A stretch of DNA of 64,000 nt from Candidatus Omnitrophota bacterium. Lineage in GTDB: Bacteria; Omnitrophota; Gorgyraeia; JAFGHF01. Under the pieces are notes generated by a model that saw only the letters and a program-made list of their open reading frames with translations, was not told where the DNA came from and did not search any database. A program made the position numbers and the translations under genes. Shown here one piece after another: positions 49,740 to 58,865 of the stretch. Position 1 is the first letter of the stretch. Every line of letters starts with the position of its first letter. Where the stretch lies: NCBI GenBank assembly GCA_020341815.1, contig CP070837.1, positions 135,229-199,228 on the forward strand, in the 5' to 3' direction.

Positions 49740-50328
49740 GAAGAAGCTCCTGGGCGCCAAAAGATATCGACTTGTAGCCGGAGTGGATGAGGCCGGTCGC
49801 GGTCCTTTGGCCGGACCGGTAGTGGCTGCTGCCTGTATCCTAAAAAGACACTCATTCACGGCCAGGATCTTTGATTCCAAAAAACTCTCGATTTCCGCTA
49901 GAAGAAGGGCTTTTGAGCAAATAATCAAACAGGCTCACATAGGGCTGGGAATAGTGGATAGAGAAACTATCGACCAAAAAAATATTTTGCAAGCTACCAT
50001 AATGGCGGTAAAGATGGCTTTAGATAATTTGCGCATAAGGCCGGAATGTCTGTTGGTGGACGGCAAGTTTAAGAAAGATACCTGGAGCGTTCCCTGCCGA
50101 AGTGTTGTTGGCGGAGACGGATTATGTTTTTCTATTGCCTGCGCTTCAATCATAGCCAAGGTGGCCAGAGATAATTTAATGTCCTATTATTCTGCTCTTT
50201 ATCCTCATTATGGCTTCAACTCTAATCGCGGCTACCATACACCAGAACATATCCGTGCGATTAATAAATACGGCTTAACTCCTATTCATCGTCGCAGCTT
50301 CAGACCTATCCGTAAGACATATTATTAA
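49693..50328 (+). CDS. rnhB: ribonuclease HII (start uncertain)
   Basis: [36 protein letters not shown]. Confidence 0.94.
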   Translation: MRKSWKRHNLKLKKFEKKLLGAKRYRLVAGVDEAGRGPLAGPVVAAACILKRHSFTARIFDSKKLSISARRRAFEQIIKQAHIGLGIVDRETIDQKNILQATIMAVKMALDNLRIRPECLLVDGKFKKDTWSVPCRSVVGGDGLCFSIACASIIAKVARDNLMSYYSALYPHYGFNSNRGYHTPEHIRAINKYGLTPIHRRSFRPIRKTYY

Positions 50329-50368
50329 AATATATAAAGTTTAAAATTATATAAGGGGGAGGTGTTTG

Positions 50369-50776
50369 ATGAAAGAGGAAAACAGGGGTTTTCAGGAAAG
50401 AAGAAAATACCTGCGCTTCAGCGCCGCAGTAGAAGTAAAATATACAATTATCGGCAATCCCGGAGCAATAAAAGTTTCCTCGAAGAATGTCGGCGCGGGC
50501 GGATTGTGCCTGACTCTTAAAGAACAGCTGAAAGTTGACAGTCCTTTGCAATTGGAGATAAAAATTCCCGATTTAAAAGAACCCATTCGCGCCTTGGGCA
50601 GGGTGGTCTGGCAAAAACCGGCTAAGACCTCAGGAGCTCAACCCACGGTGCATTTTGATACGGGAATAGAGTTTATCGGCATCAGTAATTTCGATCGTTT
50701 TAATATCAATCGTTATGTAAAGGAGCAAATTGAACCAAAATCGGAAGAAGAAGGAAGCGCTGAGGGCACTGAATAA
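50369..50776 (+). CDS. PilZ-domain protein
   Basis: ERRKYLR and NVGAGG motifs, GRVVW, GIEF. Confidence 0.85.
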   Translation: MKEENRGFQERRKYLRFSAAVEVKYTIIGNPGAIKVSSKNVGAGGLCLTLKEQLKVDSPLQLEIKIPDLKEPIRALGRVVWQKPAKTSGAQPTVHFDTGIEFIGISNFDRFNINRYVKEQIEPKSEEEGSAEGTE

Positions 50777-50845
50777 ATAACTGAGTAGGGGCGTATTGCA
50801 ATACGCCCCTACTTGCGAAAGAACGGTTCAGTGATAAAAAAGGAG
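50757..50845. repeat. CACTGA/TCAGTG element copy B with a nested REP
   Basis: CGCTGAGGGCACTGA left end; TTCAGTGATAAAAAAGGAG identical to 44926-44944. Confidence 0.65.
50784..50813. repeat. GTAG-family REP-like perfect palindrome
   Basis: AGTAGGGGCGTATTGCAATACGCCCCTACT, 30-bp perfect palindrome. Confidence 0.8.
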
Positions 50846-50853
50846 GTGGGAAA

Positions 50854-51111
50854 ATGGAAGAGAAAAAAATAGGCGTAGTAACTCATTATTTTGGACACAT
50901 TGGCGTGGGAATTATAAAGCTCGAGAAAGAAGGCCTCAAATTGGGAGATACGCTTCATTTTAAAGGGCATACATCCGATTTTCAGCAAACGGTAGATTCA
51001 ATGCAAATCGAGCATAAGGACGTGCAGGAAGCCAAGGTCGGAGACTCTGTAGGGGTAAAGCTGAATGAGCATGTCCGTGAGCATGATGAGGTTTTTAAGG
51101 TAGTTGCCTAA
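50854..51111 (+). CDS. small translation-elongation-factor-like beta-barrel protein
   Basis: IG.VTHYF..IGV, GD.LH.KG.T.DF.Q.V.SMQI.H, A..GD.VG.K. Confidence 0.75.
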   Translation: MEEKKIGVVTHYFGHIGVGIIKLEKEGLKLGDTLHFKGHTSDFQQTVDSMQIEHKDVQEAKVGDSVGVKLNEHVREHDEVFKVVA

Positions 51112-51117
51112 TTGCTT

Positions 51118-51921
51118 ATGCAAGCCGATAAAGAAAAGCTGGTTCTGGATCTGGAGACCAAGAAAAGCTTTGATGAGGTTAAAGGAAGAAGCTTAGAGTT
51201 ATTAGAGGTTTCGGTAGTAGGCATATACTCCTACAAGAACGATGAGTTTAAGACTTTTCTGGAAAAAGATATAAAGCTTCTTTTGCCATACCTTGAAGAA
51301 GCAGAGCTGGTTATCGGCTTTAACACCAAGGCGTTTGACTACCCTGTCTTGCAGCCCTATCTGGATTTCGATCTGAAGACCTTAAAAAGCCTGGATATAT
51401 TTGAGGAAGTGCGTAACCGCTTAGGGTTTCGCCTGAGCCTGAATAACATTGCTCAGGCAACGCTTGGAATTGGCAAGATTGGCTCAGGGCTTGATGCCCT
51501 CAAGTATTTTCGCCAGGGAGAAATAGATAAGCTTAAAACATATTGCCAGCAGGATGTGTTTGTTACCCGGGAACTTTATGAATACGGCCGCAAACACGGA
51601 AACCTGCTTTATCGCCGCGGCTTGCGTCTGGAGACTATCCCTGCGAGCTGGTCCGAGTCTAAGAGCATCGATCAGATTATGCATGAGGCCTTTAATGAGC
51701 GCAGGACCGTAGAAATTGATTACTCCTCAGGCTTTAATGCTGCCGGCAAGCTCACTCGCAAAATAGATGTTTATGAGTTTGAGTTCGGCAGGATAATTGC
51801 CTATTGCCACCTGCGAAAAGACTTGCGTACTTTTAATATGCGTAGGATTTTATCTGCGAAATTAACTCAACAACAGTATGAGATTCCTTCCTCTTTTAAT
51901 AAAGAAAGGAAACTGTCGTGA
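51118..51921 (+). CDS. RNase H-like (YprB/DEDD) exonuclease fused to a C-terminal WYL domain
   Basis: LDLET, GFN..FD, YC.QDV; C-terminal IDY...R.I......AYCHLR.D.RTF...RI. Confidence 0.75.
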   Translation: MQADKEKLVLDLETKKSFDEVKGRSLELLEVSVVGIYSYKNDEFKTFLEKDIKLLLPYLEEAELVIGFNTKAFDYPVLQPYLDFDLKTLKSLDIFEEVRNRLGFRLSLNNIAQATLGIGKIGSGLDALKYFRQGEIDKLKTYCQQDVFVTRELYEYGRKHGNLLYRRGLRLETIPASWSESKSIDQIMHEAFNERRTVEIDYSSGFNAAGKLTRKIDVYEFEFGRIIAYCHLRKDLRTFNMRRILSAKLTQQQYEIPSSFNKERKLS

Positions 51922-52568
51922 AGATTGTAACTGCAGACCAAATGCAGAAAATCGATAAAACAGCCGAAAAAAGATACGCTATTCCTGCCATAATTCTGAT
52001 GGAAAATGCCGCAATATCAATCGCCTTTTGCGTCTTTGAGGTGCTTAAAATCGGACAGGGCAATATTGTAATCTTTTGCGGAGAAGGCAACAATGGCGGC
52101 GATGGTTTTGCCTGCGCGCGCCATTTGATTAACCGAGGATTTAAGGTGAAGGTATGTTTTTCCGGCAATAAACAGAAGTTTTCTCGCGAGACAAAAATAA
52201 ATTATATGATTTTGAAGAAGATGGGATGTGAGATTGTCAAGGCGAAAGCCGCCCTCTTAAAAAAAGAACTAAGCGATGCGGATTTAATTATCGATGCCTT
52301 GCTGGGGATAGGCCTTAAGGATAAGGTAAGGGAGCCTTTTTACAGCTTAATCGAACTTATCAATAACTCCAAGAAACCCGTGCTTTCCCTGGATATTCCC
52401 TCAGGACTGGATGCCACATCCGGCCAAGTTCGCGGCACAGCCATTAAGGCCCAACATACAATTACTTTTGGTCTGTATAAAAGAGGATTTCTTAATCCGC
52501 AGGCCGCAGAGTATACAGGCAAAGTAACCATTGGCGACATCAGCCTTCCCCGCAAACTTTTGTATTAG
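51918..52568 (+). CDS. nnrE: NAD(P)H-hydrate epimerase (YjeF N-domain)
   Basis: LMENAA, GNNGGDG, DALLG.G, DIPSG. Confidence 0.9.
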   Translation: MKIVTADQMQKIDKTAEKRYAIPAIILMENAAISIAFCVFEVLKIGQGNIVIFCGEGNNGGDGFACARHLINRGFKVKVCFSGNKQKFSRETKINYMILKKMGCEIVKAKAALLKKELSDADLIIDALLGIGLKDKVREPFYSLIELINNSKKPVLSLDIPSGLDATSGQVRGTAIKAQHTITFGLYKRGFLNPQAAEYTGKVTIGDISLPRKLLY

Positions 52569-52572
52569 ATAG

Positions 52573-53706
52573 ATGGAAAAAGCCGATATTACTATTATTG
52601 GAGCAGGAGTAATCGGATTGGCGGTTGCTGCGGCTTTGGCCAGGCAGGATAGAGCCCTCTATGTGCTGGAGAGAAATGCATCTTTTGGGCAGGAGACTTC
52701 CGGCAGAAACAGCGAAGTTATTCATAGCGGGATATATTATCCGCAAAACAGCCTGAAAGCCAGGACCTGTGTTAGGGGCAATCGTTTGATTTATGAGCTT
52801 TGCGCAAAAAATAATATCCCTTGCGAAAAAAGGGGGAAGCTGATTATAGCCAGCGAGGAGAAGGAGCTCGCAAAACTTAATGAGCTTTTGCGAAATGGCC
52901 AAAATAACGATGTCCAGGGCCTTAAAATCATTAGCGAAAAAGAGATTAAAGATATAGAGCCGAATGTAAGGGCGCTGGCAGCTCTATATTCACCCGATAC
53001 AGGGATAGTCGATTCTCATAATTTGATGCGTTACTTTTTTCAAAAAGCCAAGACCGAAGGGGGAGAGTTCGTTTTTGAGGCCGAGGTGCGAAAGATAAAA
53101 AAGCAGGGTGAGGGATTTGAAGTAACTGTTTGCGATGCCGATGGCAGCGACTTTTTATTTTTTAGTCGTATTTTGATAAATTGCGCCGGGTTAAGCAGCG
53201 ATATCGTTGCGGGATTGGCCGGCATAGATACAGGTAAGGAAAATTACACTTTAAAGTTTTGCAAGGGTCAGTATTTTCGCGTAGGCGCCGCAAAAAGCCG
53301 CATGATTACGCACTTGGTTTATCCTGTGCCTGATGAAAAGCACGGCTCTTTAGGGATACACGCCACTCCCGACTTAGGCAAGGGCTTGCGTCTGGGGCCC
53401 GATGCCGAATACGTTGAAAGAGACAAAGCAGATTACAGTGTCGATAATTCAAGAAAAGAGCACTTTTGGCGCGCGGCAAACAGATTTCTACCTTTCATTG
53501 AAGCGAATGACTTGACTGCTGATACCTCTGGCATCAGGCCAAAGCTGCAGGGTGAAGATGAGCCTTTTCGGGATTTTGTGATTTCGCATGAGGAGAAAAA
53601 GGGTTTAACAGGTCTGATTAATCTTATCGGTATTGATTCACCCGGCTTGACCGCTGCTGCGGCTATCGCAAAACACGTAGAGGATATGGTAGAGGATTTA
53701 ATTTAA
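52573..53706 (+). CDS. FAD-dependent oxidoreductase (LhgO-like)
   Basis: GAGVIGLA, TSGRNSEVIHSG.YY, GIRPK, SPGLT. Confidence 0.85.
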   Translation: MEKADITIIGAGVIGLAVAAALARQDRALYVLERNASFGQETSGRNSEVIHSGIYYPQNSLKARTCVRGNRLIYELCAKNNIPCEKRGKLIIASEEKELAKLNELLRNGQNNDVQGLKIISEKEIKDIEPNVRALAALYSPDTGIVDSHNLMRYFFQKAKTEGGEFVFEAEVRKIKKQGEGFEVTVCDADGSDFLFFSRILINCAGLSSDIVAGLAGIDTGKENYTLKFCKGQYFRVGAAKSRMITHLVYPVPDEKHGSLGIHATPDLGKGLRLGPDAEYVERDKADYSVDNSRKEHFWRAANRFLPFIEANDLTADTSGIRPKLQGEDEPFRDFVISHEEKKGLTGLINLIGIDSPGLTAAAAIAKHVEDMVEDLI

Positions 53707-53714
53707 CTTAAAAA

Positions 53715-55430
53715 ATGAAAAATAAGGAAGTGGCGGAGATATTCCGCCAGATTGCCGAGATTCTGGAAATTCAGGATGAGAATCCTTTTCGTATTCGCGC
53801 TTATCTTAAGGCGGCGCAAAATATAGAGAGTTTAAGCCGGGATATCGCCGAAATCGCCCGCAAGGATGAATTGGAGAAGATTCCGGGTATTGGGAAAGAC
53901 CTGGCCGAGAAAATAAAAGAGATTGTCAAGACAGGGAAGCTGAAATTTTATAATCAATTGAAAGATGAGATCCCCGAAGGGCTAACTGTGTTGATGTCTA
54001 TCCCCGGCATTGGCCCTAAGACCGCCAAGCTTTTATACGATAAATTAAAGATAAAGAATATCAAGGACTTAGAAAAGGCCGCAGCTAAGCATAAAATAAG
54101 CGCCCTGCCCGGAATAAAAGAGAAGACCGAAGAGAATATCCTGCGCGGAATTGCCTTGAAGAAAAAGGCAAAGGAAAGGATGTCCCTGGCCCAGGCCTTA
54201 TCTATCTATGGAGAGCTGGAAGAGCCTTTAAAAAAGTTGAAAGAGGTAAAAGAGATTGCCCCGGCAGGCTCCTTGCGCCGCCGAAAGGAGACGGTGCGGG
54301 ATATAGATATCCTGGTTACCTCATCCCACCCGGAAAAAATTATGGATGTCTTTACAAAATTGCCGCAGGTAAAGGAGATTAATGCAAAAGGCCCAACCAA
54401 GTCCAGCATATTGACTAAAGAGGGTGTGCAGGTTGATTTGCGTTGTGTTGAGCCCAAGAGCTTTGGCGCAGCACTTCTATATTTTACCGGCTCCAAGCAG
54501 CATAATATCAAACTGCGCCGCCTGGCGGTAAAAAAGGGCTGGAAAATTAATGAATACGGCCTGTATAAAAAGGACAGGTGGCTGGCGGGAAAGACCGAGG
54601 AAGAGCTGTTTGGCAAGTTCAACCTTCCTTATATAGTACCTGAGCTGCGTGAGGATACAGGCGAGATTGAGGCAGCTTTTAAGGGAAAGTTGCCTAAACT
54701 CATAGAATTGGAACATATAAAAGGTGACTTACACGTCCATTCTAAATGGAGCGATGGCGCATCAAAGATTGAGGATGTTGCCCGGGCCGCTAAAAAAAGA
54801 GGCTATAGCTATATTGCAATCTGCGACCATTCCCAGTCTATAAAGATTGCTAGAGGCTTAAGTATTGAACGCTTGAAGAAGCAAATAGACCTAATTCATA
54901 AATTGAATAAAAAGTTAAAGGGCTTTCGCATTTTGACGGGCAGTGAAGTAGATATCAAGTCGGACGGAAGTCTGGATTATCCGGATAAGGTATTGAAAGA
55001 GCTGGATGTTGTGGTGGGGGCTATCCATACCGGATTTAAGCAGAGCCGCAGACAGCTCACCCAGAGGATAACTGCGGCAATGGAAAACAAATATGTCAAT
55101 ATTATTGCTCATCCTTCAGGGAGGCTTATAGGTGAGCGTGAGCCTTATGAGCTGGATATGGATGAGGTCTTAAAGAAGGCGCACCAGACAAACACCTTTA
55201 TAGAGATTAATGCTTTCCCGGAGAGGCTGGACCTTACGGATATAAATTGCCGCCGGGCCAAAGAGCTGGGCGTAAAAATGGCTATTTCTACCGATAGCCA
55301 TATGCTGGAGCAGTTGGATTATATGTATCTGGGTCTAACCGTTGCCCGCAGAGGATGGCTTGAGAAAAAGGATGTAGTGAATACGCTTTCTCTGGATAAG
55401 CTCTTAACGTTGCTTAAAAAGAAAAGATAA
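53715..55430 (+). CDS. polX: DNA polymerase X with PHP domain
   Basis: HhH motifs, GSLRR..TV.DID, FTGSK.HN, DLHVHS.WSDG. Confidence 0.93.
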   Translation: MKNKEVAEIFRQIAEILEIQDENPFRIRAYLKAAQNIESLSRDIAEIARKDELEKIPGIGKDLAEKIKEIVKTGKLKFYNQLKDEIPEGLTVLMSIPGIGPKTAKLLYDKLKIKNIKDLEKAAAKHKISALPGIKEKTEENILRGIALKKKAKERMSLAQALSIYGELEEPLKKLKEVKEIAPAGSLRRRKETVRDIDILVTSSHPEKIMDVFTKLPQVKEINAKGPTKSSILTKEGVQVDLRCVEPKSFGAALLYFTGSKQHNIKLRRLAVKKGWKINEYGLYKKDRWLAGKTEEELFGKFNLPYIVPELREDTGEIEAAFKGKLPKLIELEHIKGDLHVHSKWSDGASKIEDVARAAKKRGYSYIAICDHSQSIKIARGLSIERLKKQIDLIHKLNKKLKGFRILTGSEVDIKSDGSLDYPDKVLKELDVVVGAIHTGFKQSRRQLTQRITAAMENKYVNIIAHPSGRLIGEREPYELDMDEVLKKAHQTNTFIEINAFPERLDLTDINCRRAKELGVKMAISTDSHMLEQLDYMYLGLTVARRGWLEKKDVVNTLSLDKLLTLLKKKR

Positions 55431-55431
55431 A

Positions 55432-55869
55432 ATGGCAAAGCGTGAATTTTCCGCAGGAGGAATAGTCTTTAAGAAAAAGGACAGGGGTTTTGAGATTCTC
55501 TTGATTAAAGATTCCTACGGGCGCTGGACCTGGCCCAAGGGAAAGATTGATAAGGGTGAGAAATCCCTTGATGCAGCAGTGCGTGAGATAGAAGAGGAGG
55601 TGGGGCTAAAGGATGTAGATGTCTTAGGCCGGATTGGCCGCACTAATTATTTTTATCGTTTAAAAGGGGGCTTGATTTTTAAAACGGTGTTTTTCTTTTT
55701 GATGGAAGCGAAGGGAAATGAAAAATTGAAGATTCAAAAAGGTGAAATCAACGATGCTCGCTGGTTTAAATCATCCGAGGCTCTTGAGAAGGTTGAATAT
55801 AAAGGAGCAAGGGAAATGCTGGAGAAGGCCATAAATATGTATAAAAAGGAGAGGAAATGTTCAGAATAG
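55432..55869 (+). CDS. NUDIX hydrolase
   Basis: PKG.....E....AA.RE..EEVG Nudix box. Confidence 0.9.
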   Translation: MAKREFSAGGIVFKKKDRGFEILLIKDSYGRWTWPKGKIDKGEKSLDAAVREIEEEVGLKDVDVLGRIGRTNYFYRLKGGLIFKTVFFFLMEAKGNEKLKIQKGEINDARWFKSSEALEKVEYKGAREMLEKAINMYKKERKCSE

Positions 55870-56822
55870 AATATCCTTTTAAGAAGGAGATTTTGGCCTG
55901 TGGAGCGCAAAGTGAGGCCGGGTTTTGCCTTACCAAAAAGAATCTCGGTTATGTAATCAATGGCTTAGGGAAATGGCTTGAAGATTCTGTGCTTGAGCAT
56001 TACCGCCAGCAGATAGGACGTGCCAGAGATGAATTGAAGATTAAGCCGAAGGTTATTGCGCACGATTTACATCCTGAGTACGCCTCTACGAAATACGCCC
56101 AGAGCTTAAGTCAGAGTTCAAAAGGTTTGAAATATTTTCCCATCCAGCACCACCACGCCCATATTGCCAGTTGTATAGCGGAAAATAGACACGAGGGGAA
56201 GGTGATTGCTGTAGTTTTTGACGGTGCCGGATATGGTGAAGACGGCAATATTTGGGGCGGAGGGTTCTTTGTCGGAGACCTTCGGGCTTTTAGGAGGGTT
56301 GCCTATTTAAGAGACGGCGCAGCAAAAGGCGCTGCCTTGAGCGCAGCGGGATTGTTTGATGCGGTTTCGATATTGGCGGGCCTGCGTGAGCAGGTAGAGT
56401 ACGAAGGCCAGGGGATAATCGATTTGGAAAAGATAGTTAACCGTTCAACCCATGTAGCCAGCAAAAATTATGAGTTTACGCTGGGTTCGGAAAAAGGCCA
56501 ATTTTCAATTAATACAGAGCCGATATTGCAAAATATTAGCGAGGACTTAAAAAGCAATATTTCCAAGTCAATCATCTCTGCGGCCTTTCACAATACTCTC
56601 GTTGAGCTCATTGTTCAAGTTTGCCATAAAATCAGTCAGAAGGAAAAGACTAAGAGCATTATTCTAACCGGCACAGTCTTTCAGAATAAAGTGTTATTAA
56701 ATCGCCTTAAGGATTTATTGAGCCGGGAAGGTTTCGAGGTAATTACCCATAGGCATTTTTCCTGCAATGACAGTAATATTTCCTTTGGCCAGGCGGTCCT
56801 GGCAGACGCGAGATGTAAATGA
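55857..56822 (+). CDS. stand-alone HypF C-terminal (Kae1-like) domain protein
   Basis: HDLHPEYAST, QHHHAH, DG.GYG.DG.IWGG, LFDAV, ND..IS.GQA. Confidence 0.78.
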   Translation: MFRIEYPFKKEILACGAQSEAGFCLTKKNLGYVINGLGKWLEDSVLEHYRQQIGRARDELKIKPKVIAHDLHPEYASTKYAQSLSQSSKGLKYFPIQHHHAHIASCIAENRHEGKVIAVVFDGAGYGEDGNIWGGGFFVGDLRAFRRVAYLRDGAAKGAALSAAGLFDAVSILAGLREQVEYEGQGIIDLEKIVNRSTHVASKNYEFTLGSEKGQFSINTEPILQNISEDLKSNISKSIISAAFHNTLVELIVQVCHKISQKEKTKSIILTGTVFQNKVLLNRLKDLLSREGFEVITHRHFSCNDSNISFGQAVLADARCK

Positions 56823-58180
56823 TCGGACGATTGTTGCCTAATAATTACAGATTGAATTTAACCGAAGGTAATACCATAAAAAATATCTGGGTCCTGGCCT
56901 TTCCGATAATGCTGGGAAATATCCTGCAGACCGCTTTTAATGTGGTGGATATGATTTGGGTGGGCCGCCTTGGTGAAGCGGCGATAGCCAGCGTAGCTAT
57001 GAGCGGAGGCGTGCTTCTGGTGATTATAACTTTAGTTATCGGGGTTTCTGCGGCAACTCATAGCTTGATAGCCAGATTTACAGGAGCCGGCAATCAGCAG
57101 GCAGCAGAAAATGTAGCTATGCAGTCTTTGATTGTTGGCACCGTTCTTTCGGTGATACTGGCAGCGGCAGGTTTGATTTTTGCCCGCCCGATTTTAGGGC
57201 TTTTAGGGGCAAAGGCGCAGGTTCTTGAACTGGGTACAGATTATCTGAAGATAATTCTAATGGGCGGCGTTGCAATGGTGTATCTATTTTTAATATGTGC
57301 CATCTTTCGCGCCAGGGGAGATGCGGTTACGCCTATGCTGATTATGATTGGGGCGACAGTTTTGAATGTTATCCTCGACCCTTTAATGATTTTTGGTATC
57401 GGCTTTCCCTTTATGGGTGTCAAGGGTGCGGCCCTGGCCACTGTAGTTTCTCGGGGGCTGGCAGCTTTTCTGGGGCTTTATATTTTATTTCGGGGCTCAT
57501 CCACATTGCGGCTAAGCCTGGTGAAATTGCGCGCCGATATCAAAAGCATTGGCAATATTATTAAGCTGGGATTCCCTAATTCTATACAGATGGCCCTGCG
57601 CAGCATAGCCGGCTTAGTATTGATGGCTATCGTTGCCCAATATGGCACCTATGCCCTGGCGGCATACGGTATCGGCCTGCGGATATTTTCGGTAGTCTTG
57701 ATGCCGGGATTTGCCCTGGCCACGAGTGCCGCTACACTAGTAGGGCAAAACCTGGGAGCAAAGAAATTATTGCGGGCGAATACCTGTGCAAGGCAGGCAG
57801 CAGGGTTTAATAGTCTGCTGATGGGATTAGTCGGGGTTGTTTTTTTTGTATTTTCTGCCCAGTTGATAGCTCTATTTAATACCAATCCCGATGTAGTTAA
57901 GTTAGGCACCGAGTATCTAAAGATAACCTCTTTTGGTTATGTATTTGTGGCCCAGGGGTTGGTCTTGGGACGGTCTTTAGTGGGTGCGGGGGACAGTCTT
58001 TCCCCAATGTTGATTTCTGTTGTTACGCTTTTAGGTATTCAGCTGCCTTTAGCCGTTATCCTTCCCGATTATTTAAAGATAGGAATAAACGGGGTTTGGT
58101 GGGCAATTTTGATTTCTTCGGTTTTACAAGGTATATTGACGCATTTTTGGTTCAATCTAGGACTAAGGAGGCATTTTTAA
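56819..58180 (+). CDS. MATE family efflux transporter
   Basis: about 12 TM, LTEG, VDMIWVGRLG, GVKGAALAT, GQNLGA. Confidence 0.9.
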   Translation: MIGRLLPNNYRLNLTEGNTIKNIWVLAFPIMLGNILQTAFNVVDMIWVGRLGEAAIASVAMSGGVLLVIITLVIGVSAATHSLIARFTGAGNQQAAENVAMQSLIVGTVLSVILAAAGLIFARPILGLLGAKAQVLELGTDYLKIILMGGVAMVYLFLICAIFRARGDAVTPMLIMIGATVLNVILDPLMIFGIGFPFMGVKGAALATVVSRGLAAFLGLYILFRGSSTLRLSLVKLRADIKSIGNIIKLGFPNSIQMALRSIAGLVLMAIVAQYGTYALAAYGIGLRIFSVVLMPGFALATSAATLVGQNLGAKKLLRANTCARQAAGFNSLLMGLVGVVFFVFSAQLIALFNTNPDVVKLGTEYLKITSFGYVFVAQGLVLGRSLVGAGDSLSPMLISVVTLLGIQLPLAVILPDYLKIGINGVWWAILISSVLQGILTHFWFNLGLRRHF

Positions 58181-58500
58181 TGAGCACTGTTCGTTTATCC
58201 GACAGCCAGTTTAAGCAAGAGGTATTGCAATCCAAAGAACCTGTTATAGTTGATTTCTGGGCACCCTGGTGTGGGCCATGCATGGCCGTTGCTCCGATTT
58301 TGGAAGATTTGGCCAAAGAATATAAGGGCCGCCTTAAAGTCTGCAAGGTAAATATAGATGAGGCCCAAACCGTAGCGACAAAATACCAGATTTTAAGTAT
58401 CCCCACCTTGTTATTCTTTAAAGACGGAAAAGTTACCAACCAGTTGGTGGGAGCAAAATCCAAATCAGAAATAAAGAAGGTGATTGCATCATTATGTTGA
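58180..58500 (+). CDS. trxA: thioredoxin
   Basis: DFWAPWCGPC, SIPT; start at ATG 58180 after AAGGAGG. Confidence 0.95.
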   Translation: MSTVRLSDSQFKQEVLQSKEPVIVDFWAPWCGPCMAVAPILEDLAKEYKGRLKVCKVNIDEAQTVATKYQILSIPTLLFFKDGKVTNQLVGAKSKSEIKKVIASLC

Positions 58501-58847
58501 GAGTAATGTATAAATCCAAGATTCAGAGAGCAACTATTACGCAAACCAAACTGCACTATCAGGGCAGTATCGGCATTGATAGCGACCTTATAGAGATGGC
58601 CGATATATTGCCGAACGAAAAGGTGCAGGTGCTTAATTTAGATACGGGTGCGAGATTTGAGACCTATGTAATTAAGGAAAAGGCACGTTCAGGCACAATA
58701 TGTCTTTATGGGCCGGCTGCTCACTTGGGAAAGGTCGGTGAGAAGATATTTATTATTTCTTATTGCCTGCTCGATACTCACCAGGCCAGCAGCCTTAAAC
58801 CAAAAGTGGTCTATGTGGACGAACATAATCGAGTAAAGCCAATCTAA
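58494..58847 (+). CDS. panD: aspartate 1-decarboxylase
   Basis: KSKI.RAT, YxGS cleavage site, G.RFETY. Confidence 0.9.
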   Translation: MLRVMYKSKIQRATITQTKLHYQGSIGIDSDLIEMADILPNEKVQVLNLDTGARFETYVIKEKARSGTICLYGPAAHLGKVGEKIFIISYCLLDTHQASSLKPKVVYVDEHNRVKPI

Positions 58848-58865
58848 AAGAAAGAGTTGAGGAAA

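Noticed and set aside
7346-58179. Long N-terminal extensions in the ORF track for leuD, dapA, panC, uvrA, rho and trxA
   Set aside because: Downstream ATGs with an RBS, promoter or coupling match the family N-termini better.
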